Made by a program: the position numbers and the translations under genes. Below are positions 52,816-64,000 of a stretch of 64,000 nucleotides of DNA, piece by piece. Under the pieces are notes generated by a model. The model worked only from the letters and a program-made list of their open reading frames with translations. It made no database searches and was not told the DNA's origin. Within the stretch, counting starts at the first letter, position 1. Each line of letters starts with the position of its first letter. The DNA is from Azolla caroliniana (taxonomy: Eukaryota; Plantae; Polypodiophyta), in contig JBHGNT010000004.1 in assembly GCA_043228905.1 (NCBI GenBank), forward strand, positions 5,890,001 to 5,954,000, in the 5' to 3' direction.

Positions 52816-53178
52816 CATCAAAATATATAACTTTGTATGATTATATGGTCATGGGTCTCTCTCCATCCATCAAAATATATAACTTTGTATGATTATATGG
52901 TCAAGGGTTAGATTTTGGGTGAAAAAAGCTAAAGATACCAATACAAGCAAAAAGAAGAAGTGGTCCAAAACACACTTCCTTTTTTGTTCTTTATCCTTAA
53001 TTGAATCAAGATATCAGCCTAAAACCCCAACAATTTTTGGAGTTAAAATTGTTCCTGTTTTTAATGTTAAAAGAAAAACCAACCGAGTTCTTGGATTGAA
53101 AACCCTAGAATCCGAATTCAAGACAGGGAAGCTTTTAAGCTTAAATATTGGGAGAGCAAGAGAGAAAAGATGGGAGAT

Positions 53179-55159
53179 TTATAACAGATTGAGAAGCTGG
53201 CGTTCTTCAAGATGATGATGATGATGATGATGATGATGACCTTCTTGTTGTGAAGGCCAACAAGCCATGGAGAACTCAACACTGTCTAAACTTGTCAGTG
53301 ATGAGCCCTCAGAATTTACAGAGAATGAACAGGGGCTGGATACCCTATTGTTCCCAGTCAGAGGTGAAGACACTCTGTTCTGGCCCTCATCATGTGGAGG
53401 AGAAGAGCCACCATGAGTGTACACCTTAGATCTCATCATCACACCATGGAAATTGTTGAGACTGAGATTCAACTCAACCCTCCCTTGCATATTCTCCTTG
53501 CTCATTGATTCCACAAGATGCATGGTAGATACTTCCATGTCCTCCTCAGAGCTAGGGGGTGTTTCACATGATGATGAGACAGGCATACAATTCGAGGAGA
53601 CTACCACCATGGTCTCGTGGTGGTGCTCCATCATCGGCATCATCATCCGTACTCGGCGCGGGATGGGGGCGATTAGTTGCCCGCTGCCGATCGGATGCGG
53701 GGGGTGCGCCCTCCCCTCTTCTTGCTCGGGTGGGCTACAGATCTCTCGCTGCTCAAAGGTGTGACCGATTGTTGGGCTGCCATTAGCCGAGGGGGGATCC
53801 ACATCCTCGGGACGGGGACGGCTCGGGCACGATTTGGGCCTCTTGGGAGGAGGAAGAGGAGTAGTTATTGTTGTGGTGGAGGTGATTGGGAGCATATAAG
53901 GTCTTTTCATAAGAAGGGTAGGGTGAGATGGGGGTGTTTCACATGCTGCGGCCCCGAGTGGCGGAGTTGCAGTGGTAGTGGTAGGGGTAGGGGTAGCGGT
54001 AGCATTCGCAGTAGTTGTGGTAGTGCTAGTGCTAGTGGTAGTGCTAGCCGGCGTCTTGTTGTGTGCTTCGATCTGGGCCATCGATTCGGATCCGGAATGT
54101 ATGACGGAGGGTTTAGAGGGTGATGATACCCCCTGGTTAGTGGTGTTGTAGATGCAAGGAGACATTGGAGGGGGTTTTGAGGTAGGGTTTATGGAGGAAG
54201 GCAGGCATTGGGTTGCGGGTTTGAGTGTACCGCCCTTCAGTACCGTCTCGACCGCCGATTGACACACCGACCAGTTCCCGCTCCATAGCAAGCCCACGGC
54301 ACCGAAGACGGGGTTTACCGTCCTCCCACATGCCTCATACAGCAGAGATTGGAACAAAGCTGCATATATTTTGGGGTGCAAAAAACCAATCAGACAAACA
54401 AAGCAAGCAAAAAAGAACGCACACAACACAAAAGGAGGTCATAGTTTAACACCACCACCATGGGGTATCTATCTCTGTCCATCATCATTTACCATTGGTT
54501 CTCCATTGTTTGTCCATATTGTTTATCAGAGGGAAGGTTTAGATTCTACTGGCTGGATATTGTTGGGGAGAAACATGAGATGGGAAATGGGATGTTTTCC
54601 CACCCCATGGGAGGAAGAAACATCTCCATTGTTACCTCCAACTATAGGCATGGGGACAAAATAGCCCCCCTCATTATAGGAACATATAGACATGGGCTAA
54701 CTATATCTAGCCACACATGGACATTGGAGGGGAGAAAAGCTTATCTAGCAGCAATATACAAAAGAGCCCATCATGTTGGAGCATTGACATGAGAAACATG
54801 GGGCTCTATATCTCTCCACATAGTGGGGAAGAACAGAAGAAGGCTGTAATCTCTCACATTAGCCCAAACCCCAGATACACACATAGATGTATGTATATAT
54901 ATATATATATGTGCATTGACACACATATTATGAATGCATTTGGGTTTCATTCATTCATTCCTTCCTCGGTCTTACCTGGTCTCTGGCTTTCGGAGACGGC
55001 GTTGATGAAGCTAATCATTCCGGCGCGGCCGAAGAATTTGGCGACGAAGACGGTGGCGTGGCCTTGGGATTCAGGGGAGTCGATCCATTGGAGGGAGGAG
55101 CGGAGGATGCAGGAGTCGCTGCATCCTTTCCTCAGGACTCTGCAGCCATTGCAGCTCAT
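53179..55159 (-). CDS. LBD: class II LOB-domain (LBD/ASL) transcription factor, LBD37/38/39-like, 2 exons, ~454 aa
   Basis: Exon 55159-54976 ([20 protein letters not shown]...VAKFFGRAG) and exon 54359-53179 ([30 protein letters not shown]), joined by a phase-1 GT-AG intron. EAR-like ELNLSL and terminal LLNLL. Confidence 0.94.
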
Positions 55160-55311
55160 GGTGATTGGATTGGATTGGATTGGATTAGGTTGGATTGGAG
55201 AGGAAAGATAAAGAGATTGGAAGGATTTGAAGTTGGAAAGAAAGGGGTGGGGAGGAGGAAGGTTCAGAGAAGAGGGGAGAGAGGCAAAGAGGGGTAGGAG
55301 AATGGGGGCAA

Positions 55312-55324
55312 TGATATATAGATC

Positions 55325-55382
<58 letters not shown>

Positions 55383-55565
55383 TCTAGGCTTTTTTAGAGA
55401 ACATGGATTTAGAGAGGAAGGAACAGGGGATGAGAGAGAGAGAGAGAGGGGGGGAACAGGGGATGAGAGAGAAAGTAGAGAGAGAGGGAACAGGGGATGA
55501 GAGAGAAAGTAGTAAGAGAGGGGGAACAGGGGATGAGAGAGAAAGTAGAGAGAGAGAGAGAGGGT
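55312..55565 (-). promoter_or_regulatory. LBD proximal promoter: TATA-like CTATATAT, (CT)n tract and four copies of TCTCTCATCCCCTGTTCC
   Basis: TATA-like sequence ~160 nt upstream of the ATG, (GA)n at 55327-55378, and GGAACAGGGGATGAGAGAGA repeated at 55420-55545. Confidence 0.5.
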
Positions 55566-58247
55566 GGGCGCCAGGAAGAAGGGAGATGCGGCAAGCAGAC
55601 GGAGTGTGTTGGGTTGGAGAGAAAATAAATAAAATATATTTTAATTAATTAATTAATTTTTCAATCGATTTTTTTGGTTTTTTTTTAAAAACAAAAATGA
55701 AATTTCTCTTTTTTTGGAGGGGGGTTAAAAAAGAAAAAAAAAAAAGAGAAGAAAACAGGGGGCAATTCCTCATGTTTTGATGTGTGGCACCTTCTTTTTC
55801 TTGTCTTTGGTTTTTTTTTTTTTTCTTGTCTTTGCTTTCTTTTTCTTCTTTCTCTCATTTTCTTTATTGTCCCCTCCCCCCCAATTATTTGTCCTTCCTT
55901 ATTTTCGTTAGATCCAGTGCACACGCCCAAACACACATACACATTCATTCATTCATTCATTCCCTTCCTGTTTCCGTCGCCTATTATGTCCCCTATCATA
56001 TTTCATTCCACCCATGTCCGAACTCTGTGGGCCTCTCCAAGGGCCAAGTTCTAGAATTATCACCCCCCCATCGCCCGACACCGATCGATCGCCCAGATGA
56101 CGACATGTTGCTTGTATTACCCCAGGGTAGCTTACCCTAGTGATAAGTTGTTAGACTACTAGCACTACGTCTTGGGTTTGAAACTCCTCTCTCTCCCTCT
56201 CTCTCTCTCTCCCCCCTAGGTAGAAACCGTGCCTTGAGAAGTTGGTACAACGTGTCCTTACCCTCGTCTCGCACTTTCGTCTCTTGACGTGTTTTTAAAT
56301 ATCCTAGTAAAATTGGCATTGTAACCTTTGTTGGCTTTGCCTTATCCCTTTACGCTCTCGCAACTCGAATTCGTAGGAAAAGTGGTGATGCAATCGGTCA
56401 AGTTTGGATTGGACCGTACATGGAACCATCTTCAGACGAGTTTCATAACCTGCCACAATGGGAGTACATATGGCTTTTGTTCACGTGGCTTTCACACTCG
56501 TTTTTTAATCTTTTCTTAAGTGGAAATGTGTCTTCCATTACCATAACATTTCTCTCACACACAATGTAACTCCTTCTATTTTTCTTTGTGTGACTATACG
56601 ATCAAATATGAAAAAGGTATGTTTCCTATACCCAAAATTTTCCCACTAAGGTGTACAAAATGGTGGGGCTTGAGATAAAAGAAGAAGAAGAAGAAGAAGA
56701 AGAGAAAATGTACGTTGTCTTTGATTTTTATAATGGATCTTGTGAATTTACGACCTCCAATTAGATAAACGCATACATTATCTCACAATGAGAATCTAAC
56801 CCACTTTCTTAATTATGATGATTCTATTGCCATGGTTTCTTGTGGTTCAAATAAATAAAAAAATTAAGTAAATATGATAAGTGGCACACATCCCTCCATC
56901 CAAATCAATCGTGAATAGCGTATCATAGCATGGGTATTGTCGCCTTGCTACATTGAAAAGCCTAACAATGAGTCCTTCAGTACTTTCCTATTATTATATT
57001 CTATAGTATTATAACCTTCCTATATGGGCCACTTGAAGAGTGGGAATATCTTAGTTTATTGTGATTATCCATTCCAAACTAAAAAGTTTTGTTAAACAGT
57101 TACACTTTGTTAATGACAAAACGTTACCTACAACCAATATCATAAAAGGGGGGAAGAGAAATGGGTACCAGGTAAATTAACCCCGTCAACAATGTGACTC
57201 ATGGGTTTAAAGTCTAAGAGGCAACCTCAAACACGATACTTCTTAAAGATATACCTAAAAACTTATGAATAAGTAGTGTTAATAGATTGAAAAGTTTGAG
57301 ATATGTTTTTTATTTTCATAAATATAGTAAGAATTGCTCTATATTTGAGATATAAAATCTGCAACAACCTTGTTTTGGGTACGAATTTCAAATATATCTC
57401 CTTGCATAGCGAATAATATAAGTACACATCGTAGTTAAGAAAAGATCGACTAACCAAAAAGTTGATTCATATTAATCGTAGATCAACATGATTATTGATG
57501 TATAAGTTACATGATAATCGACAAAATGACAATGTGGTATGTTGATGAATATTGGATTAGCACCCACACATTAAGTTATAATAACATGCACATAAAGGAT
57601 TATATACCACTCACCTTTTTTTATTGCCTAACACAAGGGGTGCATCTAAATAATCCCCTTGTTTAGAGTAGGCTTTAAATAAGGGCTACTCATGTACTAA
57701 CTACCATAAAGAAGCTTACTTTTCATCAAATGAGGGGTGTAACATAATCTTCTAGGTAAAGAATAACGAAGTATGGTTGAATTGGAGTCCTCATTAGTTA
57801 ATAGGAAAAGTTGTCAGTTTCAACAAGGCTTGAACATAATGTGTGATTGTCGCATCTAGTTGTTCTTCAACCCATGTGTGGTGAACTAACTTACAATTTT
57901 TCTCTCTCCTTTATTCATGGAAACAAATATTTAATGTTAGCATTATCCATGGTTTATCATATCGACAAAGAGATGTTTCAATTCAAAGCACTGTGAGTAA
58001 CATTTGCTTAGAGACATGAATTATTGACATTGTTATTGCATGGTTGTATGCCATTCCTAAACCAAATCTACACCTTACGAACTTGAACATCTTGGAGAAC
58101 CTAGGATTATGTATTTGTGCAAGTTCCTTATTGTTTTTGTATTGATACTCATTATAGAGACTAGTGTAGGTAGTTCGCACAATACAATTTTTATCAAGTA
58201 TTTTTTTTACATGTTAAGCCTACAAAAATAAAACTAAATTCACTTGC

Positions 58248-58602
58248 TGCTTTTGGGAGAAATGGCAGAACACGCCTATGGTGACACAAGGAGGAAGTGG
58301 CCCGAGGTGGAACTACTAGCCCCATGCTGGCTGTTTCCAACTCACCTACCACCCTCCCTTCGTTGTAGGCCCCAAGAGTTGGCTCGTACTAGCCAACATT
58401 GAAGGGCACCATTTTTAGCTATAGGTATCTACTTACCTTAAGTAGTTAGTCTGAATGGCTATGTAAGTAGTCTCACTTTCTTGAACTTGATCAGAGGGAG
58501 AGTCCCCGATTTGTGTATAAGCCTCATTGTACAATCTCTTTGTAATAATCCTTCCTAACTAATGCGAAAGTAGCTTCATTTTGGGGAAATAAATAAATAA
58601 AT
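58248..58602 (+). mobile_element. 5'-truncated LINE insertion with 15-bp TSD and (AAAT)n tail
   Basis: ACTAAATTCACTTGC at 58233-58247 and 58603-58617. The insert encodes FWEKWQ...RWNY*P/PCWLFP, like the LINE end at 14194-14241. Confidence 0.8.
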
Positions 58603-61600
58603 ACTAAATTCACTTGCGATCATTATTTTTAGAGGACCACTATCGGTATTCTAACAAGTTTGTGTTATTGCAGACAATTCCTTGTCCTAGATCTATATAT
58701 GTTTTCATCCACAACATGGATCTATAAGCCTTCAATGTTCTTATATACATCACATATATGTGCTCAAAGTTGTAATTGAATACAATTGTAGAGTGCATGT
58801 TTGTTAATATTAGCATCTCTCGCAACTTAATGCCTATTTACTACTACTCTTTTTGCCTTTAAATTTTGACCCTTTAATATGTTATTTGTGACTTTTCGTC
58901 CTGAATATAATGGTTGCATAAATTCATTATGCATTATCTCACTTCGAATGTGCAAATGCATATTAGGTCAAACTCTTACTGAATGCATGGTCATGACTAA
59001 TTATAAGGGAATTTCTATTTAGCCCATGATTCACTAGTGTTGTAAGTTTTTCATATGCCCACCAAAGGCAAGTGCTCTAAAACTTTTTAGATAAATGTTT
59101 ATGTTGTATAGTTTTAGGCTTTGGGAATAGTAAAAAAGATTATACTTTATCCCGCATCCATGCATCCATTGCTAAAACAAGTAATCCAAAAAAAATCCAC
59201 ATGGCAACAATTTAAATAGATTTCACCAACTTCACATGTTATATTATGAGGGTATGCAATACAACCTCGGTTTATAACTCATTCAATGGAGGCCAAGAAA
59301 CAAATACACATAGCAAAAAGAGTTGGTCAAATACGAATATTTTGATGTGTGTCCATGTTTAATATGACATTATTATGTGCATAAATAAGCATGGTCGGTC
59401 GAGTATTAATCTCTGAAGTTTCGATTATATGATTATTGAGTGCTTTTGTTTTGTTCGGCACATTGTTGATCAAGTGGTATGACTAAATGGTTGGGATTGA
59501 GATAAAAGAGACAGCGATGCAAAAGCGCCGCCTAAAGTTTATGAACCTTCTTAGAAAACCACGAAAAAGAATCTAAATCCAACCAACCAATGTATGGGCT
59601 TCATCATTCATGGGAGAGAGGGCGAGGGAGGGGATGGAGCTGTATAAACATAAATAAATGTGCATTTATGCATATGATGTAGATTGTATATGATTCGTGG
59701 CCCTTTCATCAAGTGAAGGGACAATATAGATAGATCAAAGTCAAGCAAGCATAACTTAGCTCCCTTATCGAGAAACAACAAAAGCATATCATGGTCTACA
59801 ATACTCTTTTTTTTCTTTTGGGTGGTGGTGATGGTGGGGGGTTCTTAATTCTTTTTCAAATGATGTTGCAAAAGTGTATGATAAGAAACCTTCATCGAGA
59901 AAATAAAGGTGAAACGAACCATAACATGTACACGTACAACACCTTAAGTTGTTCATAAAATGTATTCCCCATATGTTGCACTCATATTAATAAATCTTAG
60001 TTGCACTCAACTTTATAATGCTCAATTCCAAGCATGTTGAAGTTTAAAAAGTTATGACTTTTGAGTAATTATTATATAGAAAGGGGGGGGGGGGGGAGGT
60101 TGCTCTCTTCTTCATATATAATAAAGTGTGTGTTTCTATATATCCCTAGTATTCAATCAAAATCTATGAAATTGTTGTCATATGCGAAATGTGGTGGTGG
60201 TGGGCGAGACATACAAAAATGTTGGTTTCGGCCAAGAAACATTAAGAATTTCGAGGTTCCCAAAACAAGGGAAATAAAAATTGAGTTGCAATACATACAT
60301 ACATACACACACACACATAAATACACACGTATGCATACACATACACATACACATACACACGCATACATACATAGTACAAGAAGCTATATATGTTTGCCCT
60401 AATCACGAGAAAATGATGTTTAAAATGCGTGAAGAAAGTAGAGCATGTACAACAAAAGTTCTAGTTAGGTTATAGAAGTAATTTTGAGCTTTTGACAACT
60501 TATCATGTAACATGGAGATCATTTTTAACATGCATTGTTTACGAAATGTTTATGTTATAAATGCAACGAGGCTAAACAATTTATAATGTCATAGTTTTCA
60601 TTAAATTTGCTCCATATATGTATAGTTAATGGTTAGTTCTAGATCTTTGTGTGTACCTACCTCTTAGACATATTTCCCATTTGTTGACCACTTGATTGCT
60701 ATAGTCTTAGGTTTAATTTATATGCAAACTTGGTGCCAAGAAAAACAATAGATTGACGATGGGCAGGTGCGATGTGCTTTGAAGTATATATGACAGTACA
60801 TATATGCTAATGAAGTAAATGCTCGGCTGGATGATAATCAATAAAATCTGCCATGCATATGTTGATTGTTGTAGACGTTATACTTTATGATGCGAATGCA
60901 CCTCATCATTACGATAATGACAATGATATGTATTCATTTAGTTCATGTATTTGTGACATAGAAAATGGAGGAGAATGGTTATCTTGATGCTTGAAACGAT
61001 TGACAATGGATTTTCTCAATAAGTTTTTGCAATTGTTACAATAAAGACATTTTGCCATATCTATATAGTTAAGGCAAGGGGGGTACAAATACATGACCTA
61101 ACATTGTGATATAACTATACAAAATGAGGTTAGAACATGATTGCAATTCCCATGGGACATTCCTAGTGTTGATGGTATCTAGCCTTTAGAAAGAGTGACC
61201 CTCATGTCACCACACTTATGCAAAGGGTGAGGCAAAAAATGGCATCTTGATTCATATGATCATTGGGATGTTAGTAAAGTATGCTAGCAAATAAGCAATG
61301 ACTATTGAGTATGATTCCATCTATTAATGAATAATCTCCAAGTAATGATCATCGGAAACAATAAAAATGTTTGTTGACGAGTTTGAAATAAGTGCATAAA
61401 ATTTAAAATAGACATACACACACAATTACACAAATGCTAGATTAAACATTGAGGGCTTCAATGTGAGTGTTCATGCATCACTCAAATTCAAAGTGTAACG
61501 TGCCTTTTCATTTCAAATATTTAATCAAGATGAAGCTTTCCTTGTCCTATTTTTGGTGATAACAATGTGAAGAACTTTGTGTTCGTGGTAATATGTTTGA

Positions 61601-64000
61601 ACCTAAAACAAATAATATTATTTAGGCATTAAAGCAATTTTGCGACATATTTTCAATTTCTATCATTTTGATATTTTCTACCATTGTACTAAAAACTCCG
61701 TCATATTTACATTGTTCAATTCTAGTCCATCATTGAACAATATTATAATTGTGTTACAAATGCTTGAATGGTTTTGGTGATTCTTTAACTTTAAGAGATG
61801 GACAAAACTTATTGACATGATTTATAGATAATGTAATACTTTTGGTTGTCATATTCATTATTCTTGAACATTGAGAGTCACTACTCACTTTTACATGTAT
61901 AATGTGAAAGTGTTATATTTTTTGTCTCGTAGGACATATTTGATCTCTTGAAGAAAATAATAAAATCTATCTATCTATCTATCTTTGTTTCATGGTTTGC
62001 AAATGTAGCATAAAAGTGAGAAATTTGAGAGAAACCAAGTTTGATCCATGCCATAGCTCAACCTCGTTCCATAGATTGTATTTAAAGTTCTTGTTAATAA
62101 AGTTTTAAACATTCACTTTCCCTTGTTCCCAAACATAATAAGAAGAAAGGAGAGAAACTTTGCTTAATTGAGTGGTCAGGATAATAAAGAGAGTGACGTG
62201 ATTACATCCATTCACAAGTTCTGTAATCAAATGACTAAGATGGGCCGAAATTGATATTCTTACAGTAAGAATACAAAACAACATAGTTATGTTCCCCCAT
62301 AACTATATTATACATAATAATGTATATATTTAAAGAGACGCCTTCACATATTGGCATCGTTTGCTAACAATATGTGGGTTTTTCCAACTTCCCAAAGGTT
62401 CCTAAGGATGTGGAGATTCCCTCTTATCCTAATTTCCAATTCCCTAGCTCTTGAAATCATCTCGATTTGGCAGCATACATCTCTCTCTCCTAAAGATCAT
62501 AAATTTTAGAAAATCCAAGTTTGGTTGAGCTCCGATCCCTCCTATAGATTATATTTTTGCATCTCATGTGTGCTACACTCCCCCCCCCCCCCCAAAAAAA
62601 AAAAAAAAACCCATCATTATCTCTCTTTCTCATAGTTAGTGGTAAAGTTCATATACCTTCGTTGTAAATTAAAGAAAAATGTTCGGTACCACTCATTGTC
62701 CAAGAGTAGTTCATTATCACCGACAACCCTATGGTGTTGGACATGGAAAATATTTTTAATACATAGATTTCATAATTGTAAATATTTCCCTTTTCTTTCA
62801 TAGATGCTATGTAAACCATTCATGAAACTGGGGCATGCCATGATTATAATCGACTTTGTGAGGGCATATTCATATTCTAAATTAAATTAAAGTCACTTCA
62901 ATGATCACATGTGATTGTTTGAAATACATACATACATACATGCATACATGCATACATGCATGCACACGTATATAAATATATATTCTCTCTTGCAATTTGG
63001 TACAATAATGGTATATCTAAATATTCAAGGGTTCACAATAAGTCATCTCATCTCTTTTGAACAACAAAGTGAATCGATGCATTATGAGGTACCAAGGAGT
63101 TGGGCTACAAGGGGATTATATGTGGAAGTAATATTGGGGTCCACAAGCCCTTTCAAAGAGGGTTTCTAGGAACTATACAACACTAGATAACTTAAGGTAG
63201 AGTCGCTCATTGGAATCATTTATTTGGCTTTTTATATAGATATGGTTTTCATGTTGCATTGGAACCAACCAACTAAATATTTTATCATTGCCTTTTCTAG
63301 TCTCTTCATTTTAAATATATTTTGCGCATAAACTCAATAACAAAAAATCAAAACAACTCTAGACACTAAAACTAGAACATTGAGACTAGCAAATACTACA
63401 TATGAATTGTAATTTGAACCTAGTCGTGGCATAATAACTTTGCAATAAGAGGATACCTATATTCAATCATGGAGTCTTCACTTCATGAATAATTCTTAAG
63501 AAATATGTTACGGATTCCGTCCATTTACTTAATATAACTTATCCTAGGCTACAAGATTGATTTTTGCATCTAAATACATTTATTCATTCCATAGCCACTT
63601 AACAAATGTGTCGAATAACCATACATGTCAATGTTTTTATTCTTTTGTTGTACATTGATCAATTGGTAATTAAATATATCTAACCTTCAAAGGAAAAACA
63701 AGAAGATTAACATATAAAGCTTCTTGTTTTTAGCCATGGTTGACCTATTTTAAATACACAATACAATAGATGGAGTTTCCCATAGATAGTTTATGGTTTG
63801 TTGCAAATTTGATAAGTTCAATCATTTTTCATCAAGATCCTCTCTAAATACTATGCATGTAACAAAACTAACTCTAGCTGGGCATACCTTTACTCTAGAA
63901 TGAATAAATTGACAATATTGTATGTAATGGGTATCATTTTTTGTGTGGATATTACAAATATAGGAGATGATGGATCAACTTGCTAACAACCATGTATAAA

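Noticed and set aside
52808-52905. ~49-bp local duplication beside a (CT)n tract downstream of LBD
   Set aside because: An ordinary slippage duplication with no further structure.
60061-60475. ORFs with HT/CV/YI dipeptide runs
   Set aside because: They are translations of (CA)n/(TACA)n microsatellites, not genes.

Overview
Eukaryotic land-plant nuclear DNA. The PLS-PPR style and TE content suggest a fern or other non-seed plant, but this is inference only. About 1-40 kb is a nested pile of retrotransposons. A very young Ty1/copia element (identical LTRs, one nonsense mutation) sits inside the extra 3' ORF of an older Ty3/gypsy element, which abuts a decayed LINE. A second copia (25.7-37.0 kb) hosts a full-length copia and a solo LTR, both with target-site duplications. 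Three host genes are visible: an 8-exon DCP2 decapping enzyme with a probable U12 intron, an intronless PLS-E PPR protein, and a two-exon class II LBD transcription factor. The least explained signals are a decayed ORF with a ParB/Srx-like motif (23.7-24.65 kb), a tandem array of ~170-bp units carrying tRNA-like Pol III heads (21.6-22.3 kb), the gypsy extra ORF, and palindromic promoter modules conserved across four otherwise divergent copia LTR families. There is also a plastid psbA fragment and a 5'-truncated LINE with a 15-bp TSD. The 45-52 kb and 56-64 kb stretches are mostly AT-rich intergenic DNA that I could not interpret.
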